Shown piece by piece: positions 18,618-28,689 of a stretch of 64,000 nucleotides of DNA. Made by a program: the position numbers and the translations under genes. The stretch spans positions 64,001 through 128,000 of the forward strand of contig CANLTW010000001.1 in assembly GCA_947494155.1 (NCBI GenBank). The letters are read 5' to 3'. The notes under the pieces are model-generated. The model was not told the origin of the DNA. It did not search any database and saw nothing but the letters and a program-made list of their open reading frames with translations. This DNA comes from Chlamydiota bacterium (GTDB lineage Bacteria; Chlamydiota; Chlamydiia; Chlamydiales; RGXB01). Within the stretch, counting starts at the first letter, position 1; every line of letters begins with the position of its first letter.

Positions 18618-19358
18618 ATGAATATCTTTGCGATCGCAGATTTGCACTTAGCTCTAGGTGTTCCCCAAAAAAGAATGGGAGACAAGTGGCAAGTTTGGCA
18701 TGAGCATGAGCAAAAACTCTACGATAATTTTCACCGTCTTGTTTCCCCAAACGATCTAGTTTTATTGCCCGGGGATATCTCGTGGGCTATGAACCTTGAA
18801 GAGGCTAAACCCGACTTTGAATTTCTTTCACAACTCCCCGGCAAAAAAGTCCTTTTAAAGGGGAATCACGACTACTGGTGGCCCTCAGATAAAAAACTCA
18901 CCGAATTTCTCGACCCCTCTATCACCTTCATTCACAAAAACGCATTAGAGATTTCAGGTGTTTCTATCGGGGGAAGTCGCCTATGGGAAAATGATGAGAT
19001 CAGCTCCGCGTCGATTATGGATTTTGTTCCGGGATCAAAGCACGAAAAAAAACTTCTTACTGAGCTCGACCAAAAAAAATTTTTACAAGAATATGACCAG
19101 TTGGAACACAGCCTTTTGCAAATGCCTTCTGGAAAGCTACGCATAGCGATGACCCACTACCCTCCTATCGAGCCCACCCTGGCTAGCTCAAGATTCTCCC
19201 CTCTTTTTGAAAAATACCACATTCAACATGTTCTTTTTGGGCATATCCATAACGCAAAAAAAATGCCCCTTTACGGGGAAAAAAATGGGGTCCATTACCA
19301 TTTGGTAGCAGCCGATTATCTAAACTTTTGCCCCAAACAAATCGCTACCCTTCCCTAG
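18618..19358 (+). CDS. Calcineurin-like metallophosphoesterase
   Basis: ADLHL, PGDISWA, KGNHDYW, HYPP and FGHIH. Confidence 0.9.
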   Translation: MNIFAIADLHLALGVPQKRMGDKWQVWHEHEQKLYDNFHRLVSPNDLVLLPGDISWAMNLEEAKPDFEFLSQLPGKKVLLKGNHDYWWPSDKKLTEFLDPSITFIHKNALEISGVSIGGSRLWENDEISSASIMDFVPGSKHEKKLLTELDQKKFLQEYDQLEHSLLQMPSGKLRIAMTHYPPIEPTLASSRFSPLFEKYHIQHVLFGHIHNAKKMPLYGEKNGVHYHLVAADYLNFCPKQIATLP

Positions 19359-19366
19359 AAATGAAA

Positions 19367-19387
19367 AAGGGCCCTTGAAAGGCCCTT
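19367..19387. terminator. Hairpin between convergent genes
   Basis: aagggcc-cttgaaa-ggccctt, preceded by an A run. Confidence 0.6.
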
Positions 19388-19410
19388 AGTAAGCTAAGAT
19401 CAAAAAAGAG

Positions 19411-20376
19411 TTAGGCTCTTTCGACAATTTTCTTGAAATGGGAACAGGCATTATCTTGAGGATGTAAACGTCTTTTCTCATCGATTTGAGAACGGCTATC
19501 CAAGATCTTTTTGATCTCCATCATTTCCCTTAACCTGTCTTTTTCTTCAAAAAATTCTTGGGCGACAGTGAGCAATTCCACAAAGTCGGCCTCCTCTTTG
19601 GAGAAATCTACAGTGTGGGACAGCAAGGGGAAAAATCTATCGCTCTCCTCCTCTTTCAACACATGTAAAACCTCTAAAGAGAATTCAAAATCTTTAGATT
19701 CTAGCGCTAGATCAGACAAGTTTTCCAACCGAGATTCTTCAGCTCCTTTAAGGTAATATACCAGTAAAGAAAACCAATGAGGTTTGCTGAGGTAATCAAA
19801 AAAGAGCTCAATGAACTCTTCTGCTAAAATCTCCTGTGAATTATCGATAAGATCAGCAATAAAATCATAAATGAATCCCTCGAGATCGTAGGCAAAATAG
19901 CGGGATATTTTTTCCAGGATTTCGCTCGGATTTTTCACTCCCGATAAATTTTCCCTCAGAATATGGACAAGTTGCTTCAAATGAGGGACGATTTCGGCCC
20001 AATTTTTTCCTGAAGTTGCTTCATATTTTTGAATGAGCGTATCAAACTCGTCAGCAAAAATAGAAAGGCACCCTTTTTTGTCCATGTGTCTTTTGCACAA
20101 TTCAAATAAAATCAAGTAGACATTTTCCACTTTTTCAGGGCTGTCCGTTTCTAAAGTTACAGCCTCTAAAAAGTCTTCCGGTGTCTCAATCTCTTCTAAA
20201 TATTTTTTTAAATTTGCGCTGGTAACAGGCACCTTTAGCACCTGTAAACGTTGGAAAAGATCTTTGTCGGAAACTGCCAATAGATCTTCCACCATCCATT
20301 TTTCATGGGGGGTAGAAGGATCCCAAGCAACCTGGGCTTTAAGTAGATTATAGTGTGCTTTGATCTCTTTTTTCAT
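19411..20376 (-). CDS. Conserved hypothetical acidic helical protein
   Basis: 321-aa uninterrupted ORF; no motif recognised. Confidence 0.7.
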   Translation of the reverse strand: MKKEIKAHYNLLKAQVAWDPSTPHEKWMVEDLLAVSDKDLFQRLQVLKVPVTSANLKKYLEEIETPEDFLEAVTLETDSPEKVENVYLILFELCKRHMDKKGCLSIFADEFDTLIQKYEATSGKNWAEIVPHLKQLVHILRENLSGVKNPSEILEKISRYFAYDLEGFIYDFIADLIDNSQEILAEEFIELFFDYLSKPHWFSLLVYYLKGAEESRLENLSDLALESKDFEFSLEVLHVLKEEESDRFFPLLSHTVDFSKEEADFVELLTVAQEFFEEKDRLREMMEIKKILDSRSQIDEKRRLHPQDNACSHFKKIVERA

Positions 20377-20424
20377 TCTATCTTTAGGTTTATCTTAAGG
20401 GTAGGCTATGATATTAACGATAAA

Positions 20425-20820
20425 GTGAAAAAGATCAAACGAAAATCCTTTCTTGTTGTTGAGGTTTTACTAGCCTTTTTACTTGTAGTGATCCTCCTTT
20501 CTACCCTCATACAGGCACCCAATTCCCTTTATAAATCATTGAAAATCAATCAAAAAAAGATCGATTTTTTTTTCGAGAGAAACATTTTGATCCACGATTT
20601 GATGCTCCATTTAGACCAAAAAAAAACCCTAAAAAATGGGGAAGAGATCACCCTAGACAAAAAAAATTTTCAATCCCGCACTGTCAAGATCCATTACACA
20701 TTCGAACCTACCGATCCCTGTTGTAGACTGGAATGCACCCTATATCTTAAGACCCATGAGGGGCATGAAGATACCAGTGTGGCTTTTTTGGTGGTAAAAC
20801 CAAGAAAATCAATAAGATAA
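20425..20820 (+). CDS. Type II secretion minor pseudopilin-like protein
   Basis: From GTG 20425: basic leader KKIKRKS, then FLVVEVLLAF and a hydrophobic helix (prepilin-like). Confidence 0.55.
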   Translation: MKKIKRKSFLVVEVLLAFLLVVILLSTLIQAPNSLYKSLKINQKKIDFFFERNILIHDLMLHLDQKKTLKNGEEITLDKKNFQSRTVKIHYTFEPTDPCCRLECTLYLKTHEGHEDTSVAFLVVKPRKSIR

Positions 20821-20859
20821 TCTTTGCATTAAACAATCCTTATCCTCTATGAAAAGATC

Positions 20860-22707
20860 ATGGAAGAGCCACAATTTAAGCCTTATATCGGACACAAGCA
20901 ATCTGGAAAAGAATTTACCCTTCGCGCCGTCATTTTAGGGATTATCCTCGGATTTATCTTCGCTGTGGGGAATGCCTATCTAGGTCTCAAGATCGGGATG
21001 ACGATTTCGGCATCCATCCCCGCTGCGGTATTTTCGATGACCATAATGAAAATTTTATTCAAAGACGGGTTTATTTTAGAACATAACCTCGTGCAAACGA
21101 TGGCCTCTGTGGGTGAGGCCATTGCTGCGAGCGTAATTTTCGTTTTCCCCGCCTTCTTTTTTTTAGGTCTTACTCCCAGCTCCTTTGAAATTTTTCTTTT
21201 AATACTCATTGGTGGAGTGACCGGTATCCTTTTTATGATACCCATGCGCCGTTATGTAATTGTTAAGGAGCATGGCAAACTTATTTTTCCTGAAGGGACC
21301 GCTTGCGCAGAGATTTTGCGTGCTGGTGAAGAAAAAGGGCATGCCGGAGCACTCGTTGCCGGTCTTGGTCTTCTAATAGGTGCCGTGTGCAAATTTTTTA
21401 TCTCCGGGTTAAAAATTTTTGAGGAAAACATCCAATTTAACCTATTTAAACCCAACGGCGTCCTCACTTTTGAGGCGACTCCCTCTTTGATTGGTGTCGG
21501 ATTTATTATTGGACCTAGGATAGCAAGCTACATGTTTGCAGGTGGACTCATGGGGTGGTGGATTTTGATCCCCCTCATTTCTACCTTTGGTGTTTCAGAT
21601 ACGGTCATCTATCCAGCATCTGTAGATGTCGATTCTCTCGACTCCTACGGAATATGGAGTAATTACATCCGCTATGTCGGTGCCGGAGCAGTTGCCGTAG
21701 GGGGCCTTTTTAGCCTCATCAAAATAGCGCCAATAGCCACAAGCTCCCTTTACGAGGGGTTCAAAGATCTATTTAAAGGGCTTAAACATGCGGCCGATGT
21801 TCAACGCACCGATCGGGATATCCCTATGGGATTTCTTATTCTAGGCTCTATTGTCTCGGTATTTTTGATCTGGGCATTGCCCATTTTTCAAATGAATCTT
21901 GTCGCAACGATCCTCACCGTAATTTTAGCATTCTTTTTTACGGGTGTTGTCTCCATCACGGTCGGTCTCGTCGGCAGCTCGACGAACCCCACATCGGGGA
22001 TGTTGATCACCTCGCTTTTGATTACCTGCACCCTATTTTTTGTATTAGGTTGGACCGAAAAAATCTATTTGGCCATGAGTTTGACAAGTGTCGCTTTTAT
22101 CAGCGTAGCGATTTGTTTAGCCTCTGCGACCTCACAAGACCTTAAAACCGGATTTCTCCTTGGTGCCACCCCGGCCAAGCTCCAGATTGCGGAAATGATC
22201 GGATTGATCTTGCCAGCATTGGTAATGGGTTCGATTCTCCACCTGCTCAACCAAGCCTACGGCCTAGGTTCGGTGGATCTGCCCGCACCGCAGGCGACTC
22301 TATTATCTTTTATCGCTAACGGCATCTTGAAAGGGCAGCTCCCCTATATTTTTGTGCTCATCGGTATTTTTCTAGGCCTTATTTTAGCCCTAATGCGGCT
22401 CCCTATTCTTCCGTTTGCAATCGGTCTATATCTCCCGTTAGATCTGTCTGCAACAATTATGCTGGGCGGAATAGTCCATCTTTTCATAAAAAAACTCCAA
22501 CGCCCTACACAAAAAGGGGTCTTGGCAGCTTCGGGGCTTGTAGCCGGTGATGCATGCATGGGGGTTCTTGTCGCTCTTTTATCTATTTTAGGAGTGCTCC
22601 CCAATAAACCACTCGCTCTCTTTTCTGATACTGCTAGTTTCTTAGCCCTTTTTGCTATAGCGGTACTATTGGCAATTATGGCTTACCAAAAAAAGAGATC
22701 CATCTAA
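20860..22707 (+). CDS. Oligopeptide transporter, OPT family
   Basis: EFTLRAVILG, NAYLGLKIG.TISASIPAAV, NLVQT.AS.GE, FPEGTACAE, QDLKTGFLLGATP and LPAPQA. Confidence 0.93.
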   Translation: MEEPQFKPYIGHKQSGKEFTLRAVILGIILGFIFAVGNAYLGLKIGMTISASIPAAVFSMTIMKILFKDGFILEHNLVQTMASVGEAIAASVIFVFPAFFFLGLTPSSFEIFLLILIGGVTGILFMIPMRRYVIVKEHGKLIFPEGTACAEILRAGEEKGHAGALVAGLGLLIGAVCKFFISGLKIFEENIQFNLFKPNGVLTFEATPSLIGVGFIIGPRIASYMFAGGLMGWWILIPLISTFGVSDTVIYPASVDVDSLDSYGIWSNYIRYVGAGAVAVGGLFSLIKIAPIATSSLYEGFKDLFKGLKHAADVQRTDRDIPMGFLILGSIVSVFLIWALPIFQMNLVATILTVILAFFFTGVVSITVGLVGSSTNPTSGMLITSLLITCTLFFVLGWTEKIYLAMSLTSVAFISVAICLASATSQDLKTGFLLGATPAKLQIAEMIGLILPALVMGSILHLLNQAYGLGSVDLPAPQATLLSFIANGILKGQLPYIFVLIGIFLGLILALMRLPILPFAIGLYLPLDLSATIMLGGIVHLFIKKLQRPTQKGVLAASGLVAGDACMGVLVALLSILGVLPNKPLALFSDTASFLALFAIAVLLAIMAYQKKRSI

Positions 22708-22750
22708 TCCATTTTGAAAAAAATCTTCTTCTGGAATTATACTTTCCCTG

Positions 22751-23365
22751 ATGAAGATAACAAAAAAATCTTTAAAAGGGTTTACCCTAATTGAAGCGAT
22801 GATTGCTCTTCTCTTATCGGGAATCCTTTTTTATGTTCTAAGCGGCTGGATCACCTTCTTTTCGTTTGCCTCAAAAAATTTAACTCAGATTACAACGGAC
22901 TTTTTTCCACAAAGTCTTGTGCACCTAAAAAGAGCTCTGAACAATATCGACTATGATGTGGCCCCTTTAAGGCTGGATGCAACATCAAAAGAGTGTAGTT
23001 TTGCCTACAGGCCCCAGGGACTTGAGAGAAAAAAAAACCCTACAGTCTTTGCTAGACTGTTTGTTTTTGAAGATCGGTTGTACTTGGAGAAACGGGGAGA
23101 GGATAACCGTCTTATAGAAAAAGTTCCCCTTCTTAAACAGACAGAGAATCTCAAAATCACCCTTTTAGGATTCCTCTTTCAGGAGAAGATAACCTCTTTT
23201 GTGGAGCTAGAAGAACTCAAACCCTCGGATTCATTTATCCCCATCTCGATACGATTGGAAACAAAGAACAAAAACTTTGATGTGGATCTTCCCACTCTTT
23301 ACGCAGAAAACCTCCTATTGCAACTACACCTTTCACCCACTAAAAAGGGGACACCATGCAGCTAA
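22751..23365 (+). CDS. Prepilin-type N-terminal cleavage/methylation protein (T2SS pseudopilin)
   Basis: KKSLKG|FTLIEAMIALLL class III signal peptide. Confidence 0.8.
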   Translation: MKITKKSLKGFTLIEAMIALLLSGILFYVLSGWITFFSFASKNLTQITTDFFPQSLVHLKRALNNIDYDVAPLRLDATSKECSFAYRPQGLERKKNPTVFARLFVFEDRLYLEKRGEDNRLIEKVPLLKQTENLKITLLGFLFQEKITSFVELEELKPSDSFIPISIRLETKNKNFDVDLPTLYAENLLLQLHLSPTKKGTPCS

Positions 23366-24288
23366 TTCCTTTCGTTCTCGTGGTTTTTTTCCTTTTGTCT
23401 CTGACAACACTCTCGTCGTATAATAAAGTAAGTCGCCACATCCAATTTCAAGAGCGAGTTCTTTATCACCTATCGATAGAGCAAAAACTTCAGCAAGAGG
23501 CTCTTGACACCTTTTTTGAAGCCAGTTTCAAGCAAGAAAACGAAAATAAAAAAAAGACGAAAAACCGTACCTCCATTTTCCACAACCGGCGTGAAAAAGG
23601 GTATCTGCTCAACTCACGACTTGTCATCAAACCCCTTTTTACTCGCAATGATCCTGTTTTAAAAAAATTGGCTTCACGATTTTTGCAACTTTTATACCCC
23701 TCCTCCCTTGGCTTTGATAGCGATGCTTTATTGGAGGAAATCTTAGAAAAGGGGGCTCAAATCATCGAATCTAAACCTAAAACCCCCTTTTTTACCCTCT
23801 ACGATCTCATAGAACCCTCCCAAGAGCTTTTGCGCGCCATCGAGGGAAAACCGGGTTACCGTTTCGGTCAAAAAGATTCCTATCCCCCTTTAGGCGACTA
23901 CCTGGAAATTTTCCCCAAATCAGATAGGAGCCCCGTTTGTTCACTCTTTGCCTCTACTCCTCTCCTTTTTGCCCTTTTTTCTGAAAAGGGATCCAAAAAA
24001 ATTCTTGAAGAAGAGTCAAAACGTTTTTTAGAGGATAAACACTCCCCCTATTGCAATAAAAAAGATCTCCAGGAACTCTTTTTAAGCGACACTACCATCG
24101 ATACTAAAATTTGGTCGCTTATCGCTGATCAGACGATGAGGGGATCAAAAGAGGGGGAACTGGAGCTGATTGTTATTGACCCTAAGTTACGACTTGAGGC
24201 TCGCGGTACGTTGCGTACATTTCCGCTAAAGAGAGGTGACTTGCAAGAGGGAGCTCCATCACAAACTCCGTCCATTCCTGGTGTTTAG
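23356..24288 (+). CDS. Hypothetical protein with N-terminal membrane anchor (possible GspK-like T2SS component)
   Basis: Hydrophobic N-terminal helix, overlaps the pseudopilin gene, YPPL.DY motif. Confidence 0.5.
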   Translation: MQLIPFVLVVFFLLSLTTLSSYNKVSRHIQFQERVLYHLSIEQKLQQEALDTFFEASFKQENENKKKTKNRTSIFHNRREKGYLLNSRLVIKPLFTRNDPVLKKLASRFLQLLYPSSLGFDSDALLEEILEKGAQIIESKPKTPFFTLYDLIEPSQELLRAIEGKPGYRFGQKDSYPPLGDYLEIFPKSDRSPVCSLFASTPLLFALFSEKGSKKILEEESKRFLEDKHSPYCNKKDLQELFLSDTTIDTKIWSLIADQTMRGSKEGELELIVIDPKLRLEARGTLRTFPLKRGDLQEGAPSQTPSIPGV

Positions 24289-25039
24289 AAAAAACAGAGA
24301 TTTCCCCCCGATGGTTCTCAACAATTTTTTTCACAATCGATAAGCCAAGACCGGCGCCCCCTAAACGTCGAGAGTGCGTTTTATCTACTGTGTAAAATCG
24401 ATCGAAAAGATGCGGGAGATCTTTTTCAGGTATCCCCATTCCCTCATCCTTAATCTTGATTTTACAACTTTGCTCCCCAACTTCCAGGCGGATAGCGATT
24501 CGAGCAGCCCCCTTAGAATATTTAACAGCATTTTCTAAAAGATTTCTTAGTGCGAGTTCGAGAAGGTCCAAATTTGCCCAAATACGAATACTGGAATCTT
24601 TAAGGTAGGTTTCAATTGTTGCCTCCTGGTGAATAGAGATCAAATTGTAGCTCACCTCATCTATGATTTGCACAAGATCACAATCCTCAAATCCCCCTTT
24701 AGGACAATTTTCTAAATCGGCTAAAAGCAGAAGACTTTTTACTAAGGATTCCATCCGCTCACAGCTCTTGAGCATTTTTTTTAGGATTTCACTAAAAAGA
24801 TCCTGCGAGATCTCGGGCATGTCCCGCATAGTCTCTAAAAAGCCTTTGATGATCGTTATAGGGGTTCTCAGCTCGTGAGAGGCGTTAGCAACAAAATCCC
24901 GCCCTACGTCCAAACGCTCCTGTCTTAAAACCAACCCCTCCTCTTTACGCTCCATTTTAGAGATTTTTAATTGTCTTGATAGGGTAATTCCCCAACTGAA
25001 ACTTAGAATAAAGGCGAAAAGTAAAATTAAGGTGATCAT
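24182..25039 (-). CDS. Two-component histidine kinase (PhoR/WalK-like core, no sensor domain)
   Basis: FVANASHELRTPIT, NLLENAVKYS, DEGMGIP, FDRFY.VDK..SR..GGAGLGLSIVK. Confidence 0.92.
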   Translation of the reverse strand: MITLILLFAFILSFSWGITLSRQLKISKMERKEEGLVLRQERLDVGRDFVANASHELRTPITIIKGFLETMRDMPEISQDLFSEILKKMLKSCERMESLVKSLLLLADLENCPKGGFEDCDLVQIIDEVSYNLISIHQEATIETYLKDSSIRIWANLDLLELALRNLLENAVKYSKGAARIAIRLEVGEQSCKIKIKDEGMGIPEKDLPHLFDRFYTVDKTHSRRLGGAGLGLSIVKKIVENHRGEISVFSKHQEWTEFVMELPLASHLSLAEMYATYREPQVVT

Positions 25040-25165
25040 AGTTTCTTTTTGCTTAGATAGGTTCTAGCCTTGGAATTTTAACCCTTTTTCCGTTGATTTG
25101 CACCTAAAAACTCTTTGGCAACGAATCGAGCAAATTTTTTTAAGAAACAAAAAAGGGTCTTAGGT

Positions 25166-27667
25166 TCAGGGGGTTTTTACCTTATAGAGAATATAGGGCT
25201 TTGAGATCCCCTGAAACCTGCGCTCCCCCTCACATTCGACCTCAATCTGCCCGACAATGTTATCATAGATATTAGTAGTGATCCAAATTTCGCCCCCTTT
25301 TGCCTCATCGCAAACCCTGGAAGTAATATTCACACTAGACCCAATTACAGTAAACTCGCTGTGCTCCTCTGAGCCCATAATCCCCTCAGTGACTTTGGCA
25401 TAGTGGATGCCAATACCAGCCTCCAAAGCAACCTTGTTCTCTGTTTTTCTTTGCTCATTCAGTACAAGTATGTGTTTCTGAATTTCGATTGCAGCCCTTA
25501 CCGCATTTAATGGACCCTGTGGATTTTCCTCGGGGACTCCCCAAAGAGCTAATACAGCATCCCCCTCGAATTTATCGATAATCCCCCCATGATTTTTTAT
25601 TATACTAACGATGTTGTTGAAATAGGTATTTAGCATCAAAACCATCTGATTAGCCGGCATACTTTCTGTAAGCTCTGTAAATTTTCTGAAGTCTAAAAAG
25701 AAAATGGTCGCAAGTACCTGTTTACCGTGCAAAGAGGCGGCATCCGATAAAATTTTTTCGGCTATTTCAGGCGCTAAAAACTTATTTAAAACACTTCTGG
25801 AACGCTCTCCATCTCTCATCCGTTTGAGCATGGCCTCAAAGTTTGCAAACAATGTTTTAAGCTCATCCGGTTGATTACTGTACTCCTCCTTAAGAGGAAA
25901 ATCGGTCTCTTTACCACTTCCAACCGACTGTACTGCCTCTGCCAAAGTAGTTATGGGCTTTAATACAGAACGCAACAGGTACCAAAGTAAAAAGATGATT
26001 GCTGTGGTGAGTACGATTCCAAAGGCGTAGATCTCTTCGGTCAAAGATCTCAATAGGCTCTTAATATCCCTGGCCAAATTTTGCAAAATTTCTATTTCGC
26101 TGATGCGTAATTTGAATACAAAAAGATCCATATCCATATCTTCATAGGGCTGTATACGGAAAAAAATGTACTCATTCCCTAAAGCATCTCTAGTGACCCC
26201 ATGGGTTACTTTTTTCATTCTCTCTAAAATTTCCTTAGAGAGGACGATCTTGTCTTCGATCGACCCATCGGGCCTGTAGGCTTTAAGTACGGAGTCGTTC
26301 ACCACTAAAAATGTTGATTCTTGAGTGGCAACAGCCACTTTTTGCAGGAATTTGGATGCATCGATACCCAGCATGATAGAACCGAATCGCGTCTTATTCG
26401 TTTTGGGATCCAAGTAATTTAATTGCAACCGGTTTCCAATGTACATCCTGCTATCAGCATCATGGTAGATAATCCCCACTCCGCCATTCAGCTTTTCCAA
26501 ATCATTATCAAAACCGCCACTTATACCTGTAGGATCGAAAAGCTTAAAAGGTATATCGGGGGAGATCTCCTCCCAAATAAACCCTAAACCTTTAGGGTGG
26601 TTCCCTTGTGTTCTGGCAAAACCGTCTGGAGCTTTCGATGCATCCGGGTCATACCCGAAAATACCTGACAAAAATATCGCGCTGAATTCCCAAATGAAGC
26701 GATGTAGATCCCAATTTCTACTCATCTCTTCATACCGAACCGGGATAATTTCCTGGTTATCTAGGGAATCTTCGGAAATCGTTTCTAATTTTTCGTAAAT
26801 GCTCTCTCCATCCCTGATCTGCTTTTTTAATGGATCAAGCTTAGTTTTTAGCCAATCCTGTGCCTGCGGTGAATCTAGCGCTTCATACAGCTGTTTTGCT
26901 TCAGGGGTCAAAAGATTATTATGAACTTTTTCAATACTGCTGATAAGTGCTTTTGAGATGGCCTGAAATGCAGGGTCATTTTTGACCCAAACGCTGATCT
27001 GAAGAGGTTTAATGGGATTCCCTTCTACTGTTGCTTTTAGGTTTGAGGGATCTAGATTTAAAATATCTTTGGGGTTGAAAAGAATCCAAAAGGCGAAACC
27101 CTCAGGTTGATCCTTCAGGCCCGATATGTCGAAAGGGGTGTAATCTACTAAAGGGCCCATCCATACCGGAATACCAATGTACGGGCCGATCAAATTGCCT
27201 TTAGCGTCATACTTGGCAAAAATCTCCACCCCGGGTGCACCCTCAAAATGCCAAAAACCACTCGCATAGGGTGGCTCTAAAGCATACAGAGCCGTGACAT
27301 TCCCCTCGTTTTCGACTTGAATAAACTCTACCCAAGGATCTATTAAAAGAGCTGATGCTGCAGAAAACCAGTTCCCCTTTTCAGCATTTTCAGGTGTAGG
27401 AAGAAACTGACTTTTTACGTATTCATACTGGTTGATTTTCATCAACAGCATATTTGTTCTTACTTGCGTATCTGAAAGAACAGAGCGCAGATAGCGCTCA
27501 AGATTCTCCCTTTTCTCCTCATATTGTCGGATAATCTCTTCTTCGACATTCTTTTCCGCTTTATTCAGCTGTTTTGAGATGGTGATTTGCTGGATGGAAA
27601 TATAAAGAATAAATCCAAGCACAAAAACAATACTGACTAAAGAGAGAATTTTGACACGTAAACGCAT
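25166..27667 (-). CDS. Membrane-bound class III adenylate cyclase with periplasmic domain and HAMP
   Basis: Two TM helices flank a roughly 500-aa domain. HAMP (KPITTLAEAV...DELKTL..NF). Catalytic FLDFRKFT, IDKFEGD and FTVIGSSVNITSR. Confidence 0.9.
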   Translation of the reverse strand: MRLRVKILSLVSIVFVLGFILYISIQQITISKQLNKAEKNVEEEIIRQYEEKRENLERYLRSVLSDTQVRTNMLLMKINQYEYVKSQFLPTPENAEKGNWFSAASALLIDPWVEFIQVENEGNVTALYALEPPYASGFWHFEGAPGVEIFAKYDAKGNLIGPYIGIPVWMGPLVDYTPFDISGLKDQPEGFAFWILFNPKDILNLDPSNLKATVEGNPIKPLQISVWVKNDPAFQAISKALISSIEKVHNNLLTPEAKQLYEALDSPQAQDWLKTKLDPLKKQIRDGESIYEKLETISEDSLDNQEIIPVRYEEMSRNWDLHRFIWEFSAIFLSGIFGYDPDASKAPDGFARTQGNHPKGLGFIWEEISPDIPFKLFDPTGISGGFDNDLEKLNGGVGIIYHDADSRMYIGNRLQLNYLDPKTNKTRFGSIMLGIDASKFLQKVAVATQESTFLVVNDSVLKAYRPDGSIEDKIVLSKEILERMKKVTHGVTRDALGNEYIFFRIQPYEDMDMDLFVFKLRISEIEILQNLARDIKSLLRSLTEEIYAFGIVLTTAIIFLLWYLLRSVLKPITTLAEAVQSVGSGKETDFPLKEEYSNQPDELKTLFANFEAMLKRMRDGERSRSVLNKFLAPEIAEKILSDAASLHGKQVLATIFFLDFRKFTELTESMPANQMVLMLNTYFNNIVSIIKNHGGIIDKFEGDAVLALWGVPEENPQGPLNAVRAAIEIQKHILVLNEQRKTENKVALEAGIGIHYAKVTEGIMGSEEHSEFTVIGSSVNITSRVCDEAKGGEIWITTNIYDNIVGQIEVECEGERRFQGISKPYILYKVKTP

Positions 27668-27726
27668 GACTTACATTTAACAAAATCCCCCTTAAGGTAA
27701 AACACCTTTTTAAAGTGCTTAAGTTT

Positions 27727-28689
27727 TCAAAAGAAAGAATCCTCTCCCGTGAGGATTTCAGAACCAGTTTCTGTGACTAAAACCATACTCTCATACCTTG
27801 CCCCGTCTTGTTGGGGTCGATAGAGACCGGGCTCTACAGTGATAACCATCCCGGGCTCTAAAATTTTTTCTTTATCGGTTTTATAAAAAGGCCTTTCATG
27901 CACTTCTAAACCGATACCATGGCCCAAAGAGTGGTCTTTGAGAGGGATAATTGTTTTGACAAGTTGATCCAACTCTTTTAAAGCTATACCCGGTTTAATC
28001 GCATAGATCACCTGATCGTGAGCCTCTTTGACCTGTTCTATAAGTGAGCTATGTATCGTTCTTGTCATGTCCCCCATGTAGTAATCTTTTTTCACCCCCA
28101 GATCGACTAAAACGGTCTCTTTAGATTGATACTTGCGCTTGGTAGGTCTGTGGTGCACATGTGCACTATTGGATCCAAAAGCAATGATAGGGGCAAACGA
28201 GGGTGATCGGACCAGTTCTGCCAGCTCCTCCTCGGTTATCCCCTCTTTCAGAGATTCCAAGACTAGCCGCATCGTTGCAGCGGTAAGATCGGCTGCTTGT
28301 CTCAAAAGCTTTATTTCCTGAGCATCTTTTATGATACGCAACTCTTCAACCACCATTTTGGACAAAAACTCTACGTTTGGATAGGCCTGGCTGAATTCCA
28401 AATACTGGCCGTAACTGACGTTTTCCCCCTCAATCACAACCTTTGCATAGTCTTTGAACCGTTCATGAAGTGGCTTATCACTTACTTTGTACCCTTTTTC
28501 CTCTGCATCAGTGGTGTAACGAAGGTCTAAGTACAAAGTAAACAAACCTTGCTCGACAACAAGCATCCCTACTGAAACATCCAACCCCAAAAGGTAGAAA
28601 AGATTAATAGGTTTTGTAACTACAAAGCAATCGATGTGGTATTCTTGTAACTTTTTTTGCAATTTTTCTAGTCTTTGCACGAAAAACAC
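27727..28689 (-). CDS. pepP: Xaa-Pro aminopeptidase (M24B)
   Basis: LRIIKD..EI, SFAPIIAFG.NSAHVHH, DLG...YMGDMTRT, HSLGHGIGLEVHE and TVEPGLY. Confidence 0.9.
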   Translation of the reverse strand: MFFVQRLEKLQKKLQEYHIDCFVVTKPINLFYLLGLDVSVGMLVVEQGLFTLYLDLRYTTDAEEKGYKVSDKPLHERFKDYAKVVIEGENVSYGQYLEFSQAYPNVEFLSKMVVEELRIIKDAQEIKLLRQAADLTAATMRLVLESLKEGITEEELAELVRSPSFAPIIAFGSNSAHVHHRPTKRKYQSKETVLVDLGVKKDYYMGDMTRTIHSSLIEQVKEAHDQVIYAIKPGIALKELDQLVKTIIPLKDHSLGHGIGLEVHERPFYKTDKEKILEPGMVITVEPGLYRPQQDGARYESMVLVTETGSEILTGEDSFF

